The notes under the pieces: model-generated
Database searches by the model: none
Seen by the model: the letters and a program-made list of their open reading frames with translations, nothing else
Told to the model about the DNA's origin: nothing
Position numbers and translations under genes: made by a program
Source of the DNA: Lytechinus pictus
Lineage: Eukaryota
NCBI RefSeq assembly: GCF_037042905.1
Contig: NC_087263.1
Coordinates: forward strand, 11,286,001-11,350,000
Direction of reading: 5' to 3'
DNA length: 64,000 nucleotides
Shown: one piece after another, positions 25,098 through 38,159 of the stretch
Layout: each line of letters starts with the position of its first letter
Position numbering within the stretch: the first letter of the stretch is position 1

Positions 25098-26650
25098 ATT
25101 TGGTATTACACGTTAGTCTACATATAAATCTGAGCCGTTATGGCTATGTCGAGAGACAGAGAGAGGTCTGAGGTAATGGGTGATATCAAGTTCAATGTTG
25201 ACCTTTTTTGGTGTTGGTGTTAGGTGAAGATTACATGAGCATAACACCAAGCCTAAAATGAGGTTGGTCCAGAGCTGTCACCCTCTAGGGTTTGAGCCAT
25301 TGATATTGTGATCTGTATCATTTTTGTAAACTCAAGAATAAATCATGGAGATAAAGAACGCAGTCCAAATGTTGCTTCCAATTCCGACACCAACATTATA
25401 CTTAATATTACCCATTGCATTGCATATTATATCATATGAGCTGTATTGTAGGTAATCATGTTGATAGTCCCGTGACTACTATAAAATCTTTATGGAGGAA
25501 ATATATTATTCGTTTATACGTGAGCTTTTAATGATTTCCGCCCCAATGACCGTGATTAGTATTATTATTCTAACCGAGATCAAATAAATTAGGACTGTTA
25601 ATAAATGTGCATTTTATTTCAACTTCCTCAATTTCCTATTGCCATGAAGCCACGAAACCTGTTATTGTTTCTGTTTTAAGGGCCTATGTAATGATATGTC
25701 TCATAGCTAAGTAAGATGACTTATTTCCGGCCAGCTATATTGGATACAATTATTTCAAACCCATACATTAAGACAATAAAAACAGGTAAAATGAGGAAAT
25801 AATATATCGTTAATTTAACATTGTATCATGCACTGTTTTAGTCGTCCAAAATGAATTATATTTCCATGGGCAGAGAAGGAGAGATGATGAATGATCATGA
25901 TTATAAAATTCACATCTGTATTGCTCCCGATGTCCACCTATGATGGCATGATGTTTTTCGTCCTTTTCTTTTAACTCTTAAACATTCGCATTAAAGTTTT
26001 GCTTTGAAACGAGTTCTTTTTTATTCCACCAGTAGGAAATAGGTTTTTTTTTCGAATAAAAAGACGAGTGTACACCTCTTCACGATGTTGCTTTCATCTG
26101 ATACAAAATTTGGCCTCTTTCCTGAATAAATGCCTTGTTAATCATTTTAATATTCTATCATCGCATGCAGAATCCATGGAAGATAATACTACACATGCTA
26201 GAGAAATATGTTATTGTTTACGACTGTGCAAATAAAATTAAATCGCACTTTGCTCCCTCCATTCATATCTATTATTATAAGTATTATTTACGTACAGTCA
26301 CAATGAATTGTGCAGTCTTGAAATAGGAACCGAAGCTTGGATATAATCATAATAATGTGGAGTTATTATTAGATCGAGATTGACTATTTCAAATGAGACA
26401 AAAGTAACATTTACATGAGGAACGATCATGCCGTGTGACATATTATTTCTTATTTTTTCTGAATTCCTCGTTCTGACTCATCTTTACATTTATAACTTGA
26501 ATCGTGTACTAGTAAATATGTATGTATATAAACGAGGTACAAAGTTTTGTGCTTAATTCAAAGTAAGTTATTTGATCTGCTTTCCACACATTTTCGACGA
26601 TGCTCTATCGTCTTTCTCAAGTGAAAGGCACGACCACACACACACACCCT

Positions 26651-26683
<33 letters not shown>

Positions 26684-28791
26684 TTATACATATGCGAGGG
26701 TGTGTGTGTGTGTTACATCTTCGCTGAGTTCTATGATGAGCTTTCCGTTTATTTACATTAAATTTCATATTATAAATACGGCCTTGCTGAAAAATATCTG
26801 TCTATAATATGTTGCTGATAGCATGTTTTTTATTACCTGATCTAAATGAATAAACATAATATTTTACTAAAATATTTTCTTAGAATCAATATATATTACA
26901 TTGTTAAGCATTTTGAAACATTTTCCACATTGGTCACTGAATATTTGCTGACTTTTTAAATCTTTATTTAGTTTGCTTCAGTGCCTTCAGTAAACATGTT
27001 TAATTATATCAAAACTTAGTATTGCATGAAAAATGTACGGAGGGTTTAATGGGGACTTTTAATGTTTTCAATGTTATTTTTCATATCATTTATCTAAATG
27101 ATTTCTATGTTGACTGTATATATACAATATGTTTTTCTGTTTTATATAAGGTATTAATGTCTCAATGTAATATGGAGTCATGATTGACGATATTTTGTTT
27201 TCATATATTTTCTTCATATCACTCTCCATCCTCCTTGGCCATTCTCTCTGAACATGAATTGACAAAATTATTGATATCAGTTTGTTATGATTGATTCCCT
27301 CGCTTATTCCATCATAAACGATAATTTCATTTGCATGTTTAGGTTTAGCAAAAAAAATCAATGGCTGCAGCCAATCCAGAAATCAGGGCGCCATCAGTTG
27401 GCGATAAATATAAAGCGTAAAAGCACAGGATGCATTAGCCCGCGTAGCCCATCGCAGTTGTGAGGATGTCAACATGGTCAATTTATTTATAGTTGAAGAG
27501 GTAATAATGTGCAAATTATTTAAATTATGACATGAATGAGATCAAATAAAAAGCAGACTGACTATTTGTGTTTTTAGTCTCATTATTCATTGCCTTTTTA
27601 TATATATTCTTTGTTCTATTTGATTGCTACTATCGTGTAAATACTGATATTCGCATGAGCTGTGAGTATTCTTCTTTAAAAAGGATATCAACCGTTGCCC
27701 TGAATCTGTGAGGGCTGGTATCATGATTTGTGCTAATTACCCCCTCTGTGCCTCAATGTAAGCATACACGGATGACAAGTTTTTATCGCTCGTCATCAGT
27801 CAAAATACGTTCCCAATCGATTCCAATCTACATTAATGAGCTTTGCTGACTTGAATATCTGCCATTTGAAAAAATGGAATCACGAGTTCTTTAGAATTTG
27901 GAACGATCTTCGTTTTTCGAAAAGGAGGCGTAAAACACAGAAAGATTGACTTGCATTTAAAATGACGATCGTCAATATAATCTTTTGTTGTCGTAATAAC
28001 AATTGTTCAGTTTTCCCGGCCACAGAACAGATGGTTACATCACGTTCTGTAAATTCTAGTTTTTAACATAATGATAGGGGGTGGGTGTTTCGCAAATAAA
28101 TCTTATACGCATTACGTGCGCCTCCTCCTGGCATGATCTGATCAATGCGGTCATGTTCTTTATTAGGTGTCACGCGCGTAAAACATTCCCCATAGACTTG
28201 TGTGTTAAAATGGCACTTAAGAAAAATTCATAAAAAATAAATGTGAAATTAGAGGGTCGAATGTTTACTATCTTTGGAAAGGATATATATCTGACATTCC
28301 AAATCTGACCAGAGAAGGGTATCGTAGCCAGCTCATTTTTAAAATAAATCGCCATTTATGAAGATAACTATGATGGGATCAAATTCATCAACTGAAACAG
28401 TAAAATAGCCCCAATTCTTCCGCCAGTCAAAAAATAGTTCCAAATCATAGATATATCTTCCCAATTTGGGAAAAGGAAGTTCAGTAGTTACCATTTCTAG
28501 AATCAGTGTTAGATTTTGAATCATATTCATACACTTTTGTCAATCAGCAATATCAAATTGAAAAAAATCGAATGGGTTGGGTCGAACCAATATCTTTAGC
28601 CCTCCTAATGTAATTAGGCTCGTGGCACCATTAGGCACGCAACCAGGGACTTAATAGACCAGTTCGGTATTACCTCATGGGCAATTTTGGTCAAATGACC
28701 TGTCATTTTGTACATTATGATAGGCAAATTTTAAAGCAAGATATTATGTAAGCATGCCTTACATAGCAGGATGCAGAAATTGTTTAGACCA

Positions 28792-28965
28792 TGAGGGTGT
28801 TTTATAAAGCTGTTCGTAAGATAAGAGCGACTTTAAGAACGACTGGTGATCCTTTCTTTTGGTAAATGGTATACACCATTGGCGAGGGTTTAGCACGTAA
28901 CAGGATCACTAGTCGTTCTTATAGTCGCTCTTCACTTACGAACAGCTTTATGAAACGGCCCCCAG
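28792..28965. mobile_element. Short palindromic MITE (PIF/Harbinger-like)
   Basis: Inverted arms ATAAAGCTGTTCGTAAG..AAGAGCGACT / AGTCGCTCTT..CTTACGAACAGCTTTAT. Similar small fold-backs at ~8206-8353, ~10095-10255, 23187-23257, ~36290-36418, ~36793-36947, ~55105-55295. Confidence 0.7.
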
Positions 28966-29264
28966 GTGACTAGAATAGCACACCAATGACCACTCTATGA
29001 AAGAATTTGTTGCATTTTTACTTTGAATTGAATAAGAAGTTGCTATAACAAATGTACTTGGCCAACTGTGAAATACCAGTCGCTAGTGGACGCATTGTTG
29101 TTTATTTGTGGATCTAATTAAATTTTAAAAAAATAGGAGAATATATGAATAATCAAGATATCAAAGTTGGTGCTTATCTCACTAGATATTAAACCACCAT
29201 GTCACCGAATTACCTTCTGATCATGCGCAGAATGGAACTCCGAACTGGCTTATAAATGCGACTC

Positions 29265-29829
29265 TTAAGCCGGGCGGACACACGATTCGTTGTGATATGA
29301 ATTACCAAGACATTGCAATAACATTTAAAATGAACATTCGAACCAATAAAATCGTAGTAAACAGAGTTCAGAATAGTGGTAGACTACTGAAGTCGAAATT
29401 CATTCTACTTCGAACCGCCCTGTGGGAATTAAGCAAATTCACTTCAAAATCGCAATGACGTCATCATCGGCTGCGACTTGAAACCGATTCAGACTTTGCT
29501 CCGACCACAGGGCTTGCCGCAAAACAAAATTGTGATTTTATTATTCCTAACATTATGCCGAACGTCAAATGAAATAATTCTTGGAACTAATACCACGGTC
29601 ACATTTGCTCTACGGCGGCCGTACGGCGAGTCGAAAACAGCCGTGTTATTCATTTTTACTAAAACCAATTATGTAGCTGGTACAAACAAATGTTAAAACG
29701 GCTCTTTTTCGACTCGCCGTACGGCCGCCGTAGAACAAATGTGACCAAGGTATTACACATTAAAAAAAAAAAACGAGATATATTAACAAATCGCGTCGTA
29801 TCGGATAGTATAGTGTGCGCTTGGCTTAA
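29265..29829. mobile_element. MITE (TTAAGCC...GGCTTAA) containing a nested MITE at 29591-29752
   Basis: Outer ends TTAAGCCGGGCGGACAC / GTGTGCGCTTGGCTTAA; inner element has ~50-bp near-perfect inverted arms (GGTCACATTTG.TCTACGGCGGCCGTACGGCGAGTCGAAAA). Confidence 0.7.
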
Positions 29830-29877
29830 GTCATACTTGAATCCTTGTGATACACCCACAGGACACCATGTTGCATT

Positions 29878-30206
29878 TTAAAGGTATACGTTCCCGGGAA
29901 TCAAGAGGGCGCCGTTGGGCGGTTTGTTTCATGCTGTACTAGTACAGTCGTAGTACTCGCCGCCATCTTTAGACGAAGATCATCGACGTAATTTGCATGC
30001 AACTGTCAATGGTCGCCCAGTCGCGCAGCACATGCACAGGTTCACACTGAGGAAGGAGGTGGAGCAGACCTACCAGGATCTTCAGACAGCAGCCTAAGCA
30101 TTCGCGAACTAAGAATCGTCAGAGTTCGGGCAATAAGAACATGGCATCTGCGTAAGCGTCGTATAATTATGTCCAACAGCTACTTATTGAATCCCGGGAA
30201 CCTTAA
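29878..30206. mobile_element. Small TTAA-flanked element with GC-rich, promoter-like interior (Kolobok-type, inferred)
   Basis: GTTCCCGGGAATCAA (29890-29904) and TTGAATCCCGGGAAC (30187-30201) are inverted with 1 mismatch; TTAA on both sides. Confidence 0.55.
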
Positions 30207-30731
30207 AAAAAAACCTAGACACGTTTTTCTTCGGTGTCTTCATAGAATTAGCAGCGATGTGCAACATGGTCGTTATCATCGCTATACAAAAGGTCTGCAG
30301 CCAATGTAATTTTTTATTCAATCTCATAGTCAACGTCGTGGTCAGCTGAAATCGTCACATGCAGTTCTACATGTTTCTATCTTTATATACATGTCATGCA
30401 TGTAGATCATCGTCACAACGTGGTTGTGGCTATGGTACGTTAGTCATCGCTATATCAATGATATCATGAATGTCTTTTACAAACCATAGATGTTTCATAA
30501 AGGGGTTACAAATCGTCATGATCATCATCATCTTCATCGTCATCACCGACACTATCGTCGTAATCATTGTCCTTACACCACTACCCAATGTAATTCAATT
30601 CACATCCATTAACACAATAGTATAGATTTTATCCCTGACATCATCACAAGTGTAACCTTCACCATTGAAATTACTATCATCGACGCCTAATCGTCATGAC
30701 CACCACGATCGTTCATTAATTCAGTGGAGCG

Positions 30732-32045
30732 CAGTGGCGTAACAGGCGGGGGGGGCAGGGGGGGGGGCAAGCTGCCCCCCCCCTGGCGGATTTTACCGGG
30801 AAAAGAAAATAAAAACGGGAAAAAGAAAAAAAGGAGAGAGAAAGAAAGGGAAAGGGGAAGGAAAGGGGAAAAGGAAAGGAGGAAAAGGAAAGGGAAAGGG
30901 AAAAGTGAAAAGAAAAGAAAAAATCATTTTTTTTCATGGAAAAGGAAGGAAAGCGGGAAAATCTACGAAAGAAGAACATTTGAGAAAGAACAAATCATTC
31001 CGAAATAGGCCCATGTAATGCAATAACACGGTGGGAAATAAATTAAAGATGACAAAATGGCAAATAATAGCGGGAAACGAAGGTAGAATGTAATTAATCA
31101 AAAGCTAAATTGGAAAACTAAGAAAAGGGACAAGAAAAAAAAAACATAACACGACCGGGCTGCCGATGATTGAAATTAAAGAGCGGAAAGAAAGATGAAC
31201 TGCGTACAACATTGTGCTATAAGCTTTCTAAATTGTATGCAAATAAGCTACCGGGGCTTTGTCCCAGACCCCACGCAGTAGGGGCTCTTCATTTATAACC
31301 TTCAATTGGCTCTATAACGCCCCCCCCCCGTTCAATCAATTTCAATCACTGGCATACAGGCGCGCGGGGGGGGGGGGGGGTCTTGGTTCCACACCCAAGA
31401 GGAAATAAAAGAAATTATAGGAGACAACGTGTAATGAAATGAATGGAAACAATGAAATGTAATATTTGCTGAATATAATGGAAAAATCTATCACATAATT
31501 ATAATTTAATTTCAATAGGAAATTTTTTCCAGCTCGCTTTGCACGCTAGCGACTTTTGCGCGACTGGGTTGAATAAATGTGTTGTGTAAAAGCTATATTC
31601 TGTATATGCCCGCGATTTGATTAAAATAACGGCAATCTGCGAGGTTTAAATGGCTCAGAGTTAGATTATCATGAAAAGGTGATTTTTTTCTCGCTCGCTT
31701 CGCTCGCTCGGGACTTATATAAAGCAGCTTTTTAGCACATGTGCTATACTGCGCCCACAGTTCACAGTGGCGTACAGACCACAAAAAAAGGAATCTAAAG
31801 AGAGAAGAGTTAAATATATTATTCATTGGATATCATGTCAAAATCTATCACAAAATTTGATTTTTGTATTAAAAAGGTCAACAATTTTTGCTCGCTCGCA
31901 ATTTTTTTTAAAGATAAATTCTGCCCGATCTGGCCTTCTCAAAATAGTCCCCTCATTACACAATTACGCCTGTTCATACCATGATGTGACCGGGAAATTT
32001 TTGGCTCTTGCCCCCCCCTGGCCACCGAATCCTGTTACGCCGCTG
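30732..32045. mobile_element. Non-autonomous hAT-type transposon, 1314 bp
   Basis: TIR CAGTGGCGTAACAGG / CCTGTTACGCCGCTG (1 mismatch); perfect 8-bp TSD GTGGAGCG at 30724-30731 and 32046-32053. Confidence 0.9.
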
Positions 32046-32335
32046 GTGGAGCGTTGTGGCCTAGTGGATAAGTCTTCTGACTTTGAAGCAGACGGTCGTG
32101 GGTTCGAATCCCAGCCATGGCGTAATTTCCTTCAGAAAGAAATTTATCCACATTGTGCTGCACTCGACCCAGGTAAGGTGAATGGGTACCCGGCATGATT
32201 AATTCCTTGAATGCATGAGCGCTGAGAGGCAGCTCGAGCTAAAGCCAGGGTAATAATAATAATAACAACGCGCCTCGGAATATAATATTTCTAGATAGAT
32301 GGCGCTATATAAATGCCTATTATTATTATTATTAT
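32046..32335 (+). mobile_element. Full-length tRNA-derived SINE (subfamily B)
   Basis: A-box TGGCCTAGTGG, B-box GGTTCGAATCC (32101-32111), central body, GCGCTATATAAAT plus (ATT)n tail. Confidence 0.85.
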
Positions 32336-32513
32336 CAATTCATTCATCGTCATCATCATTTAACATCAACATCATTTTCTCCACCGTTATTCATCATAAT
32401 GACCATCCGTATACCCCCTTTTTCGTCAGTGTAATGATCGCCATTAACAGTCGTCATCATCCCTGGCATCACCATCGCCATATTATATATGGTAATACCA
32501 CAAGCTCATCCAC

Positions 32514-34255
32514 CAGTGTTGTAGTCAAGGCTCAAACCTGCAAGGCCAAGGCCAAGGCTTTAATACCCAAGGCCAAGGCTTCAATCCCCAAGGCCAAGGC
32601 CAAGGCATGGAAACCCAACGCCAAGGCCAAGGCCTGAAAACCTCAAGGCTAAGGCCAAGGCATTTCAAACTTTCGATATATGGAACAATGAGCCAACAAT
32701 GCTTAGGCGGCAGACATGGCACACAGGGCAAAATGTATAAAAGGTGGGAGCGAGTGAGCGAATTGAGCGAGCAAAATTTTTGACCTTTGTACATGTAAAA
32801 CAAAAATAATTTCCTGATAGATTTAGACATAATATCAAAGTAATAATACTTTTTTATTTTTCTAGGCGATTTACATTGCAATAATTATTATTACCACGGT
32901 CATCTGATCCTGGCATGCCCATTCTCAACGTATGTTTTTCTCCACTACCTGGGACAGTGGCGGCAGAAAGTATTTTTGTTTAAGGGCGGGGGGTCAAAGC
33001 CAAAACGGGCACTTATATGTCAAAATGGGCATTTTGGTGCAAACAGATATTTTCAAAATGAGATTATAATCTGCGTGAAGTAGTTGTGTGTTATATAGAA
33101 ATTTAGTTGAGCAAAGCCTTTTTTAAGTGATTTCTAACTGATAAGATAGATATTTTGAATTAGGCATAACTTTTCTGCGAGAAAGCGCAGCGAATTTTTT
33201 TTTTTTTTATCAATTCTAAAATTGCAGAACTAGATTTTTGGTTAATTATGGCGCTAATCACTGTTAAAAGGACATCCTTGCGAGATGTTGCCAGCGCGAA
33301 TCACGAGCTCAAACTTTTGGACATTTCGTGTTAAATAAAAAATAAAAATTAAATATTCCGAGCTGTTGTAATCGTGAAAAAGATGTGTATCTCACTACCG
33401 AATTGACGCGAGCGCGAAGCGCGAGCTGAAACTTCATAATATACTGACCAGAAAAGGAAGCTGTTAAGGACTGCATTTAGTGACTCATATGATACATATA
33501 ACTTACCAATCAAATAATGCGAGCCAAATTTTTTTTGGCTCATCATGCCATTGACATAGCCCATTTGGATATGACAAAATTGAAAAATTGTGTTCAAGTT
33601 TATCAAATCTTTTCAGAATATCATTAAGACTTAAAACATTCTTGTCGGCCAAAGAAAATAATAGAAGGAACATCCTAATGGAATAGAATCAACCTTGTTA
33701 TAATTTTTTAGAGATAGCTATTTTTTAAGTATGAAAATTGGTATCAAAATCGCAGTCACATCTCTCAGAATTATTCCTGTCATCAAATCATATAATCCTT
33801 TTCATAATATTACTATCACCATTATCATTATTATTGTCAAATTATTAGTCATGATTACAACACATTACCAATAAATAATGTTATTTTTCATCACTGCAGC
33901 TGTTTTCTTTGTTACATATGTGATGTTAATTCTTGATAATGGTGATAATGATGGCACTGTAATCATATACTTACTAATGCTGCCGCTACTGCTGACTGGT
34001 AGTATTGACCATTAGTGTCATTAAATATACAGAACAATTGAAACATTTATAATTACTTATTTAAAACAAATGAAAGTGCAAAATACAAAATGCCTTGAAA
34101 AAGCCTTGAAAATGCCTTCAAATTTCAAGGCTCAAAATCTTCAAGGCCAAGGCCCTCTCAAGGCCAAGGCTTGAATGTTCAAGGCCAAGGCTTTGAAAAA
34201 GTAGGCCTTAAGACGCCTTAAGGCCAATGCCGAGCATCAAGGCACTACAACACTG
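32514..34255. mobile_element. Non-autonomous hAT-type transposon, 1742 bp
   Basis: Perfect 12-bp TIR CAGTGTTGTAGT / ACTACAACACTG; perfect 8-bp TSD TCATCCAC (32506-32513, 34256-34263); CAAGGC subterminal arrays at both ends. Confidence 0.92.
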
Positions 34256-34315
34256 TCATCCACTATCATGAAAATCACAATTATTTATTTATCATCGTTG
34301 TCATCAGTAACCGTC

Positions 34316-35210
34316 CCTTACTTAAATTATGGACTTATTGCTTGGGGTAATGCAACAATTTGGCTGATCGATAGACTATTTATATTGCAAAAAAGAACTA
34401 TTCGTGTAATAAATAATGCAGATTTCCGGGCACATACAAATAATCTATTCTTGAAAAATAAAATTCTGAAAATTAAAGAACTGTACACTTTTCAACTTGG
34501 ACAGTTTATGTTCAAGCTTAATACTAAACAACTACCTATGCCTCTAATTGATATGTTTTTTTTAAAATAGTTCGATTCATAGTCACTTCACACGCCAAGC
34601 AAACTCTTTTCATTTACCACTGAACAGAACATCATTTGCTCAAAAAACGTTTATTTTTATGGGTCCTGAGCTATGGAATTATTTTACAATTGATATAAAA
34701 CAAAGCAATTCTATACAAATGTTCAAAAAACGACTTAAATCATTTCTCCTGAATTATTACTAAATATTTAATTCATCAATTACAAATTAAGCCTTCAGTG
34801 CTAAGAAGGAAACCTTTAATAATTTGTATACACTATGAGTGATTCATATATTTTTTAATATGATGCATATGATTTGTATAATAATGTATATATTACATAA
34901 TGTAAATATTGTTATTTGTTTGTTTGTTTGTTTGTTTGTTTTTACAAAAGAGCAATTCAGTTGCTATAAACACGTAATTACAACATTAGGGGGGCCTACA
35001 TTATACAAGCTCTGCTTATCAGTTGGCCCTCCCTCCCTTTCAATTATTTATATTTCGATTTGATAATTGTCTATTGTAATTTTATAATGTTATCAATTTT
35101 TTATATGTACTTCAAATGTGATTATATGTTACTATGTCAATTGTATCAAAAATTGTAAATATGAAATTGAAAGTGGAAAATAAAATGATTGAATTGAAAT
35201 TGAATTGAAA
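34316..35210 (+). mobile_element. 5'-truncated CR1-group LINE (ORF2 C-terminus plus 3'UTR)
   Basis: PYLNYGLIAWGN...LFILQKRTIRVI aligns by eye with PYLNYGILAWGN...LLILQKRVLRII of the ORF at 59998; frameshift in the T-run near 34560; (TTGAA)n tail; flanked by AACCGTC duplication (34309-34315, 35211-35217). Confidence 0.88.
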
Positions 35211-35498
35211 AACCGTCGTAACCGCCAATCCCGACCTTTCGTTGGAGCATGCGAACGCTTATTTGCGACGGTAGTTGATTTTGAAAGAGACTTTTGGGCT
35301 CGTCGTCATGGTCGTAAAACTCTGTCCTGCAATGCAAATTGTGTGACATGAATTTTTTTTTCGTTTCGCATCTGGAACGGAAACATTCAATCTGCGTTTC
35401 GTGTGCAAAATTATGGTTGCTACTATGGTAACAGCGATATATCCGGTTTAAGACGACTTTCCAAAGCCACATTTGGTTCCTCCCAGAGCTCGAGAGGC

Positions 35499-35790
35499 CG
35501 CCCGGGGGGCCCACTTCCATTGAAGAGTGGATACCAGGCGCGACCACGCGTAAAAAGGGAAAGAGTGGGCAAGTACGTTACGTATAGGCCTATGTAGCGT
35601 TTAAGGGTGTCAAAAACGATGTTTAAAATACTGAAAAGGAGGATATGTTTTCGATACGTGTAGGGTTTCACAAGCTAAGAGATGCATTTTCATAACCTGG
35701 AAAAGCCTTGCTTCCCTTGTTTAGGGTGCTTTTCGAAACCGCATGGTCGTGCCTGGTATCCACTCATCAATGGAAGTGGTCCCACTGGGA
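35499..35790. mobile_element. MITE with ~30-bp TIRs
   Basis: CCACTTCCATTGAAGAGTGGATACCAGG / CCTGGTATCCACTCATCAATGGAAGTGG. Confidence 0.7.
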
Positions 35791-37347
35791 ATTCGAATCT
35801 AATCCCCATTTCTGGGGAAAGTAAAACATAATGCCCATAACATTGTGTGCTAGAGGCATATCGCTTGTGTAGGAGTAAACAAAATAAATTTCGGTTGGTA
35901 CGTGTTCAGACCAAGGTTACTCCTTGTTAAGACGTATACATGCTGTGTACATAATCAACGCATGCGAAATGGTTTCTGCCGGAGAGGTGATTTGACCCAT
36001 GGAATCAATCGCCAGAGATCCACCAATAATCCGCATTAAATGCAATATCGATTCGATGGACTGTAATGATCTATATCTAAGCCTTAATTCAGTAACTTTT
36101 TCCTCACTCAATATGTACTCGATTTGTTTGAAAAACCACTTTCTTATCCATGTCATAATCTATTGCAGGTCCTGCATTTCGAATATCTCCAGCCATTAGA
36201 CGTAATGTACATGAATGTCTGGTGCGGGTGTCGCGGGAAAGAATTTTGCACACGAAAAGCAGATCTGTAGGGCCTATACCCCCCCCCCCCCATGTAACAC
36301 AAAGCTTAGCATTGATTGTAGAGCAGTTTTCTACGTTTGATTCTATTGACTATGATGTACAATCAATCTTAAAAATCAAGTGTATGTTTAAGCGTTAACT
36401 TTTGTGTTAGGGGACCCTAATAATTAGCGTCCGTGAGGTTTGCGAAAGGTCCCAAATATCAGTTTTATCACTCAAGTATCCCTACTGGAAAGAACACCGA
36501 GTCCCTCAGTGTGTACCACAGTGCGTTCACAGTGTGGGAAACAAAGGGAAATCACCTTCACCGTGTTCATTTCAACAATGTGAATCACATATCACAGTTG
36601 GGCATGTGAACACAGTCACAATGTCGAGGTGTCCACAGTTTGAAAATATTTTCACATTGTTGATTTTGAGCATTTTAACTGTGTGAATAATTAATCCTAC
36701 ATACTCTACTTTATAAGCGTACTGTGATCACATTGTGTCACACACTGTGTTTTCTTTTTTCCAACAGAAAAGAATAGAGAGAAGACTGGCAGCTGGACCC
36801 CGTCGTACAAATAGTTGCGACAGATTCACATCTAAGTAAAATTGCAGTTGACCTGAAACTTATCTTTCTTAATTACACACATTTCGATCAATCACAATTT
36901 TAGTTTATTTTGAATCTATCGCAACTCTATGTTAGACGGGGCCCAAGGGATGCATTCGATGTTGCGGCTATAAATCGCAATCATCCCTGACGAAATTGGC
37001 TTTAGAGGGCAGTCAATAGGTCTTAAGATTATTCGAATCTTGACGGAAATAATGATATTCATTAAATCAACAAACCCTTTGGGGATATAGGTTAATTATA
37101 ATTCCATCTGTCTTCTCATCGTGAAGCCGGCGGCTGAGCGAATTTGACGTGACACGTCATCTTGGCCAGTTTCTTCAACGTTCACCTGAAATAAGAGTTG
37201 AGTGAGGAAAAAAATGATACCTTGGCTTATCTAAGGTAAGATCTACCAAGGAATTGTTTGTATCCCCTTGATCTATAATTGTATATGATATGGTTTTATG
37301 TTTTCATTATTATATGGACCATTTTTATATAGCGCAGCTAATATATA

Positions 37348-38157
37348 CACAGTAAAAACGCTGTTTAAGATTTTATACAACGCTGTACTATATGAACCTT
37401 ACAGTATTTGTTTAATCGTTTAAACAATAATGTTAAAAGGACAAGTCCACCCCAACGAAAAGTTAATTTGAATAAAAATTAAAAAATCCAACAAGCATAA
37501 CACTGAAAATTTTATCAAAATCGGATGTAAAATAAGAAAGTTATGACATTTTTAAGTTTCGCTTAACTTCACATAACAGTTATATTCACATCCTTGTAAA
37601 TATGCAAATGAGACTGATGACATCACTCACTCACTATTTCTTTTGTATTTTATTATGTGAAATATGAAATATTCAAATTTTCTCCCTGTTGCCGTGTGAA
37701 ACAAAGATTAATTCCTCCCTGAACATGTGCAATGAGCATTGTTTAATACTATATCGTTCAATCAAGTTGGTCATTATTTTCAAATCTGTTAAAATTGAAA
37801 TATTGTATAATAAAAAAAAAATAATAATAATAATTGTGAGTGATGGACATCATCGACTCTCCATTTGCATGTCCCTGAGTTGTGCATATAAACTGTTTTG
37901 TGAAAAATAAGCGAAATTTAAAAATGCCATAACTTTCTTATTTTACATCCGATTTTGATGAAATTGTCAGTGTTGTGCTTGTTGAATTTTTCTCTCTTTA
38001 TTCAAATCAACATTTTTCTGGGACGGACTTGACCTTTAACTTATTGAAGATTAGATATTGAAAATTAAACTTTGTTGCTTAAGATTTAAACACTTGTTTA
38101 AATAATTACTGTAAGGTTCATATAGTAAACAGCGTTGTATAATTTCTTTTTACTGTG
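37348..38157. mobile_element. TA-flanked CAC-ended MITE interrupted by a TTAA-type MITE
   Basis: TA-CACAGTAAAAA...CTATATGAACCTTACAGTA / TACTGTAAGGTTCATATAG...TTTTTACTGTG-TA. Confidence 0.8.
37433..38039. mobile_element. Palindromic TTAA MITE (same family as 945-1528)
   Basis: Colinear similarity with 945-1528; TTAA flanks; long inverted arms. Degenerate relatives at ~15150-15500, ~43015-43585, ~46722-46960, ~56050-56181. Confidence 0.85.
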
Positions 38158-38159
38158 TA

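Noticed and set aside
30716..31008. Lys/Arg/Glu-rich and Phe/Ser-rich ORFs
   Set aside because: Purine-rich low-complexity tract inside a transposon
32046..32125. tRNA gene candidates (also ~17765 and ~58222)
   Set aside because: A/B boxes are present but each continues into a repeated body and ATT tail; these are SINE heads, not tRNA genes
32299..32881. ORFs with KAKAKA / PWPWP repeats
   Set aside because: Translation of CAAGGC subterminal repeats of the hAT element
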